Shown here piece after piece: positions 29,336 through 37,929 of a stretch of DNA of 64,000 bases. Origin of the DNA: an uncultured Gemmatimonadales bacterium. Lineage in GTDB: Bacteria; Gemmatimonadota; Glassbacteria; GWA2-58-10. The position numbers were made by a program, and so were the translations under genes. The first letter of the stretch is position 1; every line of letters starts with the position of its first letter. The stretch spans positions 8,656 through 72,655 of the forward strand of contig CAZJQI010000009.1 in the NCBI GenBank assembly GCA_964548275.1, written 5' to 3'. The notes under the pieces are model-generated. The model was not told where the DNA came from and did no database searches. It saw only the letters and a list, made by a program, of their open reading frames with translations.

Positions 29336-30559
29336 ATGGAAGTAAATCTGGGCCTAAATTTTTGTGGGATTAACTTTCCCAATCCATTTGTCGTCTCCAA
29401 GGTGCCTCCAATCGGGGATGTCGAGATAATTGCCGCGCAGCTCGAGGCCGGTTGGGGAGGGGTTCTGCTGCGAAATGCAAGCCTTAACATAACGGCAGGG
29501 AAGCAGACTATTACCTCCTTGCGCGAAAAAGTGCCGCTTTACCGGGGGGTGGATTACGAGGAAAAGCGGATGATAGATCTTGGATGGATCGAACCCAAGG
29601 CCCCAATTTCACTCCAGGAGGCTGAAAATTCAATCAGGACTCTTAAGGAAAAGTTTCCCGCTAATGTTGTGATAGCCGGAATGGTCGGCACGAACAGGGA
29701 AGAGTGGCTCAAGGTCTCCAGGCGTTTGAGTCAGGCCGGGGCGGATCTGATAGAATGTGACTTTTCGATAAGCAATGGCGATTCGGCCGAGACCAAAACA
29801 GTTATCGCTCATGATTTGAAACTGATGGAAAAGGCCACCCGCTATGTCCGCGAGGGTGCGCGCAGTACACCGGTGATTCTCAAGCTTCCTGGAACTTTGC
29901 CGGAGCGTGAAATAATTGTAGAGACCCTGAAAGAGGCTGGAGCCGATGCGCTGAACCTGTTCTACGAGCCGAAGGGAGTGCCTGGTATCAACCTGACCAA
30001 TTTCGTTCCGTTTCCCAATGTCGGTGGCAAGAGCACCCTTTCGATTATGGGAGGCGCGGGGATCAAACCTTACACTCTGGGGATACTTGCCGAATGGGGA
30101 ATTGCCAACAAGGGACTGGGCCTTTCAGTACTCGGCGGGGCCTATAACTGGCGGGATTGCGTCGAATTAATCCTGATGGGGGCCTCTATCCTGCAATTCC
30201 ATGGAGCCGTGCTTCAGCGCGGCGTGAGGCTTGTAGATGAACTGAAAAGCGGGATCAGCGATTATCTCTCTGAAAAAATGATCTCATCCGTGGACAAGCT
30301 TGTCGGCAAGAGCCTGCCGTATCTTATTACAGAGGAAAACCTGCCCCGTAGCAGACCGGTCGTGGCAGCTGTGGACGAAAAAGTCTGTACACGCTGTGGG
30401 ATCTGCTACCAGATATGCGAGAGTTTGGGTTACCACGCGATTAATTTCTCCAACCAGCGCAGGCCCATGATCGATAAGAAAAATTGTGTTGGTGATGGGC
30501 TGTGCGTGGCTGCCTGCCCGGTATTCAACTGCATGAGCTTACGCCGTGTCTCGAAATAG
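29336..30559 (+). CDS. PreA-like dihydropyrimidine/dihydroorotate dehydrogenase-family protein with C-terminal ferredoxin domain
   Basis: TIM-barrel DHOD/DHPD-like body ('NPFVVSKVPP', 'LKLPG...') plus a C-terminal 'CTRCGICYQIC' and an atypical 'CVGDGLCVAACP'. It is adjacent to the PreT-like gene. Confidence 0.7.
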   Translation: MEVNLGLNFCGINFPNPFVVSKVPPIGDVEIIAAQLEAGWGGVLLRNASLNITAGKQTITSLREKVPLYRGVDYEEKRMIDLGWIEPKAPISLQEAENSIRTLKEKFPANVVIAGMVGTNREEWLKVSRRLSQAGADLIECDFSISNGDSAETKTVIAHDLKLMEKATRYVREGARSTPVILKLPGTLPEREIIVETLKEAGADALNLFYEPKGVPGINLTNFVPFPNVGGKSTLSIMGGAGIKPYTLGILAEWGIANKGLGLSVLGGAYNWRDCVELILMGASILQFHGAVLQRGVRLVDELKSGISDYLSEKMISSVDKLVGKSLPYLITEENLPRSRPVVAAVDEKVCTRCGICYQICESLGYHAINFSNQRRPMIDKKNCVGDGLCVAACPVFNCMSLRRVSK

Positions 30560-31477
30560 TCGGCCCTGAAAGCTGCCCCTTCTCTCCAGTTCAGCCTCGA
30601 TTGCCGCCATTGTTTCCTGTTTTCGCAAACACCATTGCGGTTCCACAAGCTCACTTCTCGGCACATCCACAGCAAGACGCTGCACGACTGCCTCTGGCGG
30701 CACTCTTTCCAGAAAATCGCATACCAGAGCTGCGTATTGCTGCATTTCAAACAAGGCGAAAGGCTTGGCGGCGTACTCTGAGGCGAGGCGGGTGTTTTTC
30801 AGGATATGCAGCGCGTGGATTTTCACTCCCGGCACACGCAGGCTGGCCAGCAGTTCTGCAGTCTTGAGAATCTCGCGTTTTGTCTCCCCGGGCAGGCCCA
30901 GGATCACGTGGGCGCACACCGGTAGTTCGCGCCTGGCTGCCCTGGTAGCGGCATCGATAAAATCGGCCACTGTATGACCGCGGTTTATACGCCTGAGAGT
31001 GTTGTCGCTGGCAGACTGTAGGCCCAGTTCGATCCAGATGAGGTAGTCCTCGCGGTAGGTCTCGATCAGCTCGAGCACAGCCTCGGAGAGGCAATCGGGC
31101 CTGGTGCTGATAAAAAGTCCCACTATCTCCGGGAAGCACCTGATCGTATCATAGGTTTTCTTGAGATAGTCCAGTGGGGCATAGGTCGAGCTGTAGGCCT
31201 GGAAATAGGCGATGAACTTACTCGCATGAAACCTTCGGCACATGTAATCGATGCCCTGCTCGAGCTGTTCACTCAGGGGGGGAACGCCTTTTCTGGTGTT
31301 ATAGCTGAAACCCTCGTTACTGCAGTAGATACAACCGCCGGTGCCGCAGGTTCCATCGCGGTTGGGGCAGGTGAATCCAGCATCGAGCGAAACCTTGTGC
31401 ACCCGGCAGCCGAAAGTTTCTTTCAGATAGCTATTGAAAGTGCGGTATCTTTTTCCGTGGTAGAAGTGAGAGGACAT
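30539..31477 (-). CDS. TIGR01212-type radical SAM protein (YhcC/YtqA-like)
   Basis: 'FGCRVHKVSLDAGFTCPNRDGTCGTGGCIYCSNEGF' is the characteristic N-terminus of this radical SAM subfamily. Its 3' end overlaps the convergent preA-like gene by 21 nt. Confidence 0.8.
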   Translation of the reverse strand: MSSHFYHGKRYRTFNSYLKETFGCRVHKVSLDAGFTCPNRDGTCGTGGCIYCSNEGFSYNTRKGVPPLSEQLEQGIDYMCRRFHASKFIAYFQAYSSTYAPLDYLKKTYDTIRCFPEIVGLFISTRPDCLSEAVLELIETYREDYLIWIELGLQSASDNTLRRINRGHTVADFIDAATRAARRELPVCAHVILGLPGETKREILKTAELLASLRVPGVKIHALHILKNTRLASEYAAKPFALFEMQQYAALVCDFLERVPPEAVVQRLAVDVPRSELVEPQWCLRKQETMAAIEAELERRGSFQGRLFRDTA

Positions 31478-31513
31478 AATCCACCGCTGGAGTTCACCAC
31501 TCGTCCTGATTGA

Positions 31514-34500
31514 CTAACCCTCTTTCTCCTCGATCGTGCCTTCTCTTTGGATAATCTCGGCCCGTACCCCCAGATTGAAAATCTTGGTGCGCATGTAAAC
31601 AGCCTGCTGTTCGGTTTCGAACGCACCGACATAAAGTCTGTAAACAGGCGCCTGGGTGGTATCTGCGGAAAGTTTAACCATATAGGTGGGAATATTGTTA
31701 TTTTCGAGGCGCTGTATCAGGTTTTCCAAAGAATCTGCGCTTGAGGCTTCGACTATTTTCAGCACAAGCGGGGTATGCCTTCTGATTGCTCCGCCCCGCA
31801 TCCGAAAGTTTGCGGCCGTTGTGCGAAGAGTGCGGCCCACACTCAGCAGAGCGGTATCGGCTTTTTCAACCGATTCGAACATGCCCATGTAGAGGCGGTT
31901 CCAGTTGCCGAGGCTGTCCAGAGTAAGCGGCACGACATATACATCGTTGAGCCCGTTTTCCCTGAGAAGGTTTCGCGCGGCTATCGCCTGGGGGAGGAAA
32001 CGGTACGAACCGATCTGAATCGAGTAGGCGAGCTTATCGTATTGCTGGGCGGCCGCGAGCATCGCCTCCCGTTCTTGAGCCAGCCTGATGCTGTCGGCAC
32101 GGGCTAATTCCTCCTCGTCTTTACCGCCAAGGCCGGGGATCAAGCTTTGTACTCTGATAATTCCCGGCAGACGGCGGACAACAAAGGATCTGACAGTATC
32201 CTGTCTCCAGATAATAAACATCCCGGCTGCAAGGATCAGCAGGACGGCAACTGTGGCAAGAGGCCTGGCCCTGGAACGCTTTTCAGGCTTTTTTACCCCT
32301 GGGGCGACTTCCGCGGCCTCCGGCTCTCCAAGATCTTTCAGGGTTATTTCTTCGTCGATATCTTCAAGCTCGGCAGCGTCTGAAAGAAGAGCGTCTATAT
32401 CCTCATCCGCAGGCTTTTCAACACTCTCCTCTTTTTCTTCTGCCGGGGCCTCGGCTTCGGCAGCCACCTCTTCCTCGCCGGCTCCTTCTTCGGCAACCTC
32501 TTCCAGAACAGGCTCGGCTTCTTCCCCTGCGGGTTCTTTTTCCCCGACAGGCTCCTCGGCCGCTTCCTCACCGGGTGGCTCAGGCTCTTGCGTGGCTTCG
32601 GGTTCAGCCTCCCCTTCGGTTGACTCGGCAGTCTCTTCAGTTACGGCAACCTCCTCGGCCGCTTCCTCACCGGGTGGCTCAGGCTCTTGCGTGGCTTCGG
32701 GTTCAGCCTCCCCTTCGGTTGACTCGGCAGTCTCTTTACTTATCTCCTGAGGTTCAGTCTCTTCAGTTACGGCAACCTCCTCGGCTGCAGCCTCCTCTAC
32801 CGGTGTTTCTTCTTTTGCTTCTTCCTCTAAAGGCCCTTCTTCGGCTTCAACAGGCTCTGGCACGGTTTCTTCCTCCGCAGGCGCTTCAGCCGCGCCTTTC
32901 TCCTCCACGGGTTCCAACTCTGCCTCATCGAGAGTTTCCAGTTCTTCTTCTCCCAACTCTTCATGTGGTTCTTCAATGCCTTCTTCGGGGGTTTCCTCTG
33001 CGGCTTCTTCTTTCGGAGCCTCTTCCTTGGTTTCCTCAACGGCTTCTTGCGCTGGGATTTCTTCTCCCGCTTCTTCTCCAACCTCTTCCTCAGAGCCAGT
33101 TGCATCAGCAGCGGCGGTTTCCTCCACAGGCTCGGCGCTTTCAGCGGGCTCCTTTTGAGACTCAGCCGCCTCGCCGAGGGGGTTGGGATCGAGCTGGAGT
33201 TCCATCTCCTCCGGCGAAGGTGCGTTCAGGGCCTCTTCGAAGCTTTTCATCTGCTCCAGAGCACCCCGATCTTCTCCCTTATCGGTTTCCGGCACCTCTT
33301 CGACAGCTTCTTCCTCCATCTCCAGCTCGTCTTCCGGATCAGCCTGTGTATAGAGGGCCTCGGCCTCCTCCTCTTTGGTCTCAGCACTATATTCAACACC
33401 GGCGGCTTCAGCTTTATCCGCCAGGCCGGTCTCCTCAGTTTCAGGCTCCTGTTGAGGTGGGCCTCCAAGTTCGCCTTCGATTCGAATCCCCTCAGCATTC
33501 ACATTGATAGGTTCGGGAGTTTTCTCAATGGCCTCAAGTTCGGCCTTTTCGATTCCAGCCTCTGGCTCGTGTGGGGATTCCGCAGCGGTTTCTTTCCCCT
33601 TGTCCACGTCTGTGAGTCCAGGCAACCTGTCAATATCCAGGTATCCACCGATTTCATTGCTCACAGAAGAGTCATCAGCCGCTTTCACCAACTGTTTTTC
33701 ATCGTCATCGAGAAATAGCAGTTCCTCGGGCAGGAATATTTCCTCTTCATCATCCACTCCAGCCTCCAGCGCCTGTTCTCCTTCAGAAACTGCGGCAGCC
33801 TTTTCTTCCTTTTCCTCTGTCGGCTCTGGTTCGGGCGGTTCAGCCCTGTCAATTTCTGATTCATCCAGGCTTGGAGGTTCTTCTTCCTCTGGCGGGAGCT
33901 GTTCGGCGATTTCTTCAGTTGCAGCTGCCGCGTCTGTAACATCTTCAGCTTCCGGATGCTCTTCCACCGCCTTCTTTTCCACTTCGGCAGGAGTTTTTTC
34001 TTCGCTTTTTTCCGGTTCTTCTTCCTCGACCAACCAGATAAAACGCAGGGAGGATTGTGGGGAAGAGCGGCGGCTGAGTTTTTGGATCAGATCAGGGAGT
34101 TGTTCCTGGCTTTGGCTGTTGAGCAGATCAGTGAAAATCAGCACCTGGTCTGCTTTTTCGAGTGCGGCAAGCTCGGTAAACCGTTCCAACGGTGGGCCGA
34201 GGATCACAACCGGGCCGTCGGCATGGCTGGCGGTCCAGCCGATGAGCCGGTTCCAGCCCGGGTCGGCATAAATCTCGGCGGCTCGCGGAGTGAAAATTCC
34301 GGCGCTCAGAGTTTTCAACTGTGGATCGCGGGAACTGGTGCGAAAGATTCTTTTCGGTGAAATCCCATAGAGGAAATGATCGCTGAGTCCCTCGTTGTCC
34401 TCTTCACCGAGCAGGTCGCTGTGTGGTGAGGCGATGTCCAGGTCTAAAGCGACCTTGGAACCTTCCTTAGCAGCGATCCCACGGAAGGCTTCCTCAAGCG

Positions 34501-34717
34501 CACTCCTCACTTTCGGATGGTCGTTCAGCGGCAAGAGCGCAATGATTTTCGCTTTCCCGGAAACCTCGCCGACCCCAGAGGCGAAATCTTCCTTTTCGCT
34601 GCCGGAAAAAGCATGTTCGAGTTGAGGGAATTCAGCGCTAAGCCGCTCTGCGATGGACTCTCCCAGAATGGGATATTTCTGATTCAGATCTTCAAGATTT
34701 CTGGTAAATTCGGTCAT
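31514..34717 (-). CDS. large bitopic protein: degenerate MinD/ParA-like N-domain, polyacidic low-complexity spacer, TM helix, two SPOR-like domains
   Basis: Single 1067-aa ORF. Residues about 231-805 are a Glu-dominated tract. The TM helix is 'LATVAVLLILAAGMFIIW'. The C-terminal repeats 'YSIQIGSYRF...LYMGMFES' and 'YRLYVGAFETEQQAVYM' fit the SPOR pattern. All antisense ORFs across it are low-complexity shadows. Confidence 0.75.
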   Translation of the reverse strand: MTEFTRNLEDLNQKYPILGESIAERLSAEFPQLEHAFSGSEKEDFASGVGEVSGKAKIIALLPLNDHPKVRSALEEAFRGIAAKEGSKVALDLDIASPHSDLLGEEDNEGLSDHFLYGISPKRIFRTSSRDPQLKTLSAGIFTPRAAEIYADPGWNRLIGWTASHADGPVVILGPPLERFTELAALEKADQVLIFTDLLNSQSQEQLPDLIQKLSRRSSPQSSLRFIWLVEEEEPEKSEEKTPAEVEKKAVEEHPEAEDVTDAAAATEEIAEQLPPEEEEPPSLDESEIDRAEPPEPEPTEEKEEKAAAVSEGEQALEAGVDDEEEIFLPEELLFLDDDEKQLVKAADDSSVSNEIGGYLDIDRLPGLTDVDKGKETAAESPHEPEAGIEKAELEAIEKTPEPINVNAEGIRIEGELGGPPQQEPETEETGLADKAEAAGVEYSAETKEEEAEALYTQADPEDELEMEEEAVEEVPETDKGEDRGALEQMKSFEEALNAPSPEEMELQLDPNPLGEAAESQKEPAESAEPVEETAAADATGSEEEVGEEAGEEIPAQEAVEETKEEAPKEEAAEETPEEGIEEPHEELGEEELETLDEAELEPVEEKGAAEAPAEEETVPEPVEAEEGPLEEEAKEETPVEEAAAEEVAVTEETEPQEISKETAESTEGEAEPEATQEPEPPGEEAAEEVAVTEETAESTEGEAEPEATQEPEPPGEEAAEEPVGEKEPAGEEAEPVLEEVAEEGAGEEEVAAEAEAPAEEKEESVEKPADEDIDALLSDAAELEDIDEEITLKDLGEPEAAEVAPGVKKPEKRSRARPLATVAVLLILAAGMFIIWRQDTVRSFVVRRLPGIIRVQSLIPGLGGKDEEELARADSIRLAQEREAMLAAAQQYDKLAYSIQIGSYRFLPQAIAARNLLRENGLNDVYVVPLTLDSLGNWNRLYMGMFESVEKADTALLSVGRTLRTTAANFRMRGGAIRRHTPLVLKIVEASSADSLENLIQRLENNNIPTYMVKLSADTTQAPVYRLYVGAFETEQQAVYMRTKIFNLGVRAEIIQREGTIEEKEG
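32552..32784. repeat. in-frame tandem direct repeat (99-bp unit; second copy carries a 27-bp insertion) inside the acidic tract
   Basis: 32552-32637 is identical to 32651-32736 (86/86). The unit tail 'gtctcttcagttacggcaac' recurs at 32757-32776. This corresponds to the duplicated peptide 'EEVAVTEET(EPQEISKET)AESTEGEAEPEATQEPEPPGEEAAE'. Confidence 0.9.
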
Positions 34718-34733
34718 GCGGTTGATTTCGCGA

Positions 34734-35795
34734 TCAACGGGTGAAATTTATTGCCTGTTTGAGTGGAAAATCCCCTTCATCGCTTTCCAAAATCCGGATA
34801 TTTTCAACTTCCTCCTTTTCCAGGCAAGAAAGATATTCCTTTTTGGCCCCCATTAGGCCGACCCTGGTACCGAAGTTGCTCAAAAGGCAGGCCGCTCCCG
34901 CGCTGTTGGTGATAATTCTGTCACAGGAGGTCAGTATGATAAACATCTGCCGCAAATCGTCAAAGAAATAAATATAAGGGCTCGCCTCCTCCCACTTGCG
35001 TATTTCTTCTGCGGGGATCAGGTTCCCGGCGATAAGCAGATGGAGCGGGTCGAATTCCTTGACCAGTTCATTCACAAAACCTCGCAACAAACGTTCCAGG
35101 CCCTTTTGATCAGCATCCCACTCCGGGATAAAGCCGATAAAATTTTCCTTAACCCTGGGACTTTTCCTCTGACGCAGGAATCGTACGGCTCGCCGTTTTT
35201 CCTCCTTCGTGGGCTGGAATGCTAACTGACCATTGGCTGTGGGCTGTTCTATCTGAAGGGCCCGGAAAATATGCCAGAATCGTTTGGATAAACTCTCTTC
35301 CTCAGGAATATTCTTTACGATCAGATTATAATATTTTTCATTGCCTGGATCAGGCAGGCCGGTCCTTATTTTTGCTTCGCTGTGGTAGGCAAGAAGAGCC
35401 TCCGAACGGCCTGACCAGGAGAGATTTATCCCCCAGTCAAAATTTTCCTGCCGAAGGAGGGAAGCTGTTCTGCGGAAAACACTATCGAAAGGATGAGGGC
35501 TGCGATGGCTCCAGGGAATTACCCGCACTCTCTTGATTTTATCCAGCAGACAGGCAAGATCGGGCCTGACCACCACGGTTATTTCAGCCAGGGGGAATTT
35601 TTCGAGCAAGGAAGGGATAAACCTGTGAGTCAGGCTGAAATCTAAGAGACTTTCGCCAGGAACGAAAAGAATTTTGCGCGGGTCGGTGATATAGCGCCTG
35701 AAAGAGATTGCTTCCCTGTTCTCCGGCTGACGGAAAAAGCGCTCCAGCAGCGTATCTGTTTTGACCAGAATGTTTTCGATAAGGGTAGAAACCAT
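34734..35795 (-). CDS. glycosyltransferase family 9 (heptosyltransferase)-like protein
   Basis: The pattern 'KILFVPGESLLDFSLTHRFIPSLLEKFPLAEITVVVRPDLACLL...ENFDWGINLSWSGRSEALLAYHSEAKIRTG' resembles the N-terminal half of GT9 enzymes. The stop lies 16 bp before the SPOR gene start. Confidence 0.5.
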   Translation of the reverse strand: MVSTLIENILVKTDTLLERFFRQPENREAISFRRYITDPRKILFVPGESLLDFSLTHRFIPSLLEKFPLAEITVVVRPDLACLLDKIKRVRVIPWSHRSPHPFDSVFRRTASLLRQENFDWGINLSWSGRSEALLAYHSEAKIRTGLPDPGNEKYYNLIVKNIPEEESLSKRFWHIFRALQIEQPTANGQLAFQPTKEEKRRAVRFLRQRKSPRVKENFIGFIPEWDADQKGLERLLRGFVNELVKEFDPLHLLIAGNLIPAEEIRKWEEASPYIYFFDDLRQMFIILTSCDRIITNSAGAACLLSNFGTRVGLMGAKKEYLSCLEKEEVENIRILESDEGDFPLKQAINFTR

Positions 35796-36011
35796 TGTGC
35801 CACCCGGCGATGGAATAAAATAAAAGTAAAGCCGCCAGCAACGGTGAGCAGCAAGAAAACGATCTACTTGCGATATAATTCAATTAATATTAAAGTTAAA
35901 CCCTCTATTTGTCAATGAAATAGTAATTTGACGGAATTCTAAACAGTTAGAAATTAGTAGAGAAGTTTTCGTGATTATCGTTAAAAATGTCAAAAGAAAA
36001 AAGGTTATTAT

Positions 36012-36908
36012 TTGAAATCAAAATTGATGCATAAGCTTGAGTATGCCTTGGTCAGGATTTCGGTTGGCGTGCTGGCCAGAATTCCGGAATCTACTGCTCT
36101 GGCTTTCGGTCGCTGGCTGGGTTCTTTAGCCTGGCGTATGGTGAAATTTCGCCGTGAGCTGGTGATGAAAAGCCTGAAAAGAGCATTCCCGGAAAAGGGG
36201 GCAGCAGAGCTGAAGGTTATCGGCCTGGCCTGTTACAGAAACCTCGGCAGTTGTTTCGTGGAAATGTTCCGGGTTCACCGGCTTTCTACCCCTGAAATGG
36301 AGCGCAGGATAATTTTTGAACGCCGCCAGATCATGGATCAGGCTCTCGAGAAAGGCCGGGGAGTGATCAACGTTACTTTCCACTACGGCAACTGGGAGCT
36401 GATGGGAGCATTTGCCGCACGCTCCGGGATGCCGCTGGATGTTATCGCCAGGGGACAGAGAAACCCCTATTTCGACAGGTATGTCAAGGGCCTGCGCCGG
36501 TCAAACGGGATGCACCTGATCCCGGTGAGCAGGGCGAAAAGCGAGGTGGTGCGCTCTCTGCGCTCAGGGCGGATAGTCTCCTTTCTGGCTGACCAGGATG
36601 CGCACCAGGTAGGAGTCTTTGTCGATTTCCTGGGCCGGCCCGCCTCAACTCCCAAAGGGCCGGTGCTTTACGCGTTCAAGACCGGAGCGCCGGTGGTGCT
36701 CTCGATCATGCTGCCGCAAGCGGGCGGCAGGTGGAAGATAGTTTTCGAACCCGTGCCGCGCCCGGATTCAAATAATATGGAGGAATTTATCAGAGAGATG
36801 ACCGCTTATTATACCAGCCGCCTGGAGTATTACGTGAGACAAGCCCCGGAGCACTGGTTCTGGCCCCACCGGAGGTGGAAAACGGAGCCTTGCAAAGTAG
36901 CCAATTAA
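36012..36908 (+). CDS. lipid A biosynthesis (Kdo2-lipid IVA) acyltransferase, LpxL/HtrB family
   Basis: 'VTFHYGNWELMG' (HX4E-type acyltransferase motif), 'LADQD' and 'FLGRPASTPKGP' are typical of the LpxL/LpxM family. The start is TTG 36012 or ATG 36027. Confidence 0.78.
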   Translation: MKSKLMHKLEYALVRISVGVLARIPESTALAFGRWLGSLAWRMVKFRRELVMKSLKRAFPEKGAAELKVIGLACYRNLGSCFVEMFRVHRLSTPEMERRIIFERRQIMDQALEKGRGVINVTFHYGNWELMGAFAARSGMPLDVIARGQRNPYFDRYVKGLRRSNGMHLIPVSRAKSEVVRSLRSGRIVSFLADQDAHQVGVFVDFLGRPASTPKGPVLYAFKTGAPVVLSIMLPQAGGRWKIVFEPVPRPDSNNMEEFIREMTAYYTSRLEYYVRQAPEHWFWPHRRWKTEPCKVAN

Positions 36909-37027
36909 ATCTTGAATACTAGCCTAAACTCTTAATGAGTGGGATCTAGTCCACAGGGCAACGATTTATTCTTTCTTAACAATATTTATTATATTGAGAG
37001 CTTTTTTAATAGTCTTTACCTTGTTGC

Positions 37028-37056
37028 TTGACTGAGTTGGGTAGGTCTTATATATT
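37028..37056 (+). promoter_or_regulatory. candidate sigma-70 promoter of the DeoR-headed operon
   Basis: TTGACT (37028-37033), 17-nt spacer, TATATT (37051-37056), about 70 nt upstream of the deoR-family ATG. Confidence 0.45.
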
Positions 37057-37128
37057 CCCGAAACCAATCGAAAGATAACGAAAAAACGTCCATCTAATTA
37101 AATTGTAAGTTTTTACTGCAAAATATCA

Positions 37129-37929
37129 ATGTTTACAGAGGAAAGACAGAAAAAAATTCTGGACCTGATCCAGCGCAAAGGGCGGCTTAAAATTTCCGAG
37201 CTGACCAGAATGTTCGGAGTAAGCGAGGTTACCCTGCGCTCGGACCTGTCTAGCCTGGCCCGACAGGGATACCTGACCCGCACGCATGGAGGCGCGCTCC
37301 TTCACGAGCGCAGCATTTTCCCGGGCAAAGCGGTCTTGAGTTTCGGCGAAAAGGAGGTGGCCAATCTGGCGGCCAAGCGCCGTATCGGCAAGAAAGCTGC
37401 GGAGTTTATCGCCGATGGAATGAACATCCTGCTCGATGCCGGCACGACGATCCTCGAGATCGCCCGCAACCTGCATCAATTCAAGGGTCTCACCGTAATC
37501 ACAGATTCGATCCCGGTAGCAGTGGAGCTGAGCGATCACGATGATATCACAGTGATCCTTACCGGCGGGCTGCTGCGTTCGGCCAGCCTGGCTGTGATCG
37601 GCCCTGAAAGCTGGTCAATGCTGGAGAAAATCCACGTGCAGCGCGCGTTTATCGGAGCCAGGGGAGTCTCTCTCCAGCAGGGGTTTTTCTGCGGCAACGC
37701 TATCGAAGGTGAGACCAAGAAACGGATGATGGCCTGCGCGGAGGAAACTTTTGCAGTAGTTGACAGCAGTAAGTTCAGCTCCACCAGCCTGGTGCCTTTC
37801 GCCTCATTCGATGATTTCGACTATCTTCTGGTAGATCGTCTGAATAAAAATATCCTTGAAAAAATGAGTGAGAAAAATTTGAAGGTAATTACCTGCAACC
37901 CCAAAACGCATACAGCAGGGAGAAAGTGA
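37129..37929 (+). CDS. DeoR/GlpR family transcriptional regulator
   Basis: N-terminal HTH 'RQKKILDLIQRKGRLKISELTRMFGVSEVTLRSDLSSLARQG' and a C-terminal sugar-phosphate sensor domain ('ILLDAGTT', 'TDSIPVA', 'AFIGARG'). Confidence 0.88.
   Translation: MFTEERQKKILDLIQRKGRLKISELTRMFGVSEVTLRSDLSSLARQGYLTRTHGGALLHERSIFPGKAVLSFGEKEVANLAAKRRIGKKAAEFIADGMNILLDAGTTILEIARNLHQFKGLTVITDSIPVAVELSDHDDITVILTGGLLRSASLAVIGPESWSMLEKIHVQRAFIGARGVSLQQGFFCGNAIEGETKKRMMACAEETFAVVDSSKFSSTSLVPFASFDDFDYLLVDRLNKNILEKMSEKNLKVITCNPKTHTAGRK

Noticed and set aside
32088-34271. Four overlapping plus-strand ORFs (220-310 aa) rich in Ser, Pro, Leu and Phe.
   Set aside because: They are the reverse-complement reading of the GAA/GAG/GCC-rich acidic tract of the 1067-aa minus-strand gene. 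They are pure low complexity, and the minus-strand frame is continuous and ends in recognisable SPOR repeats.
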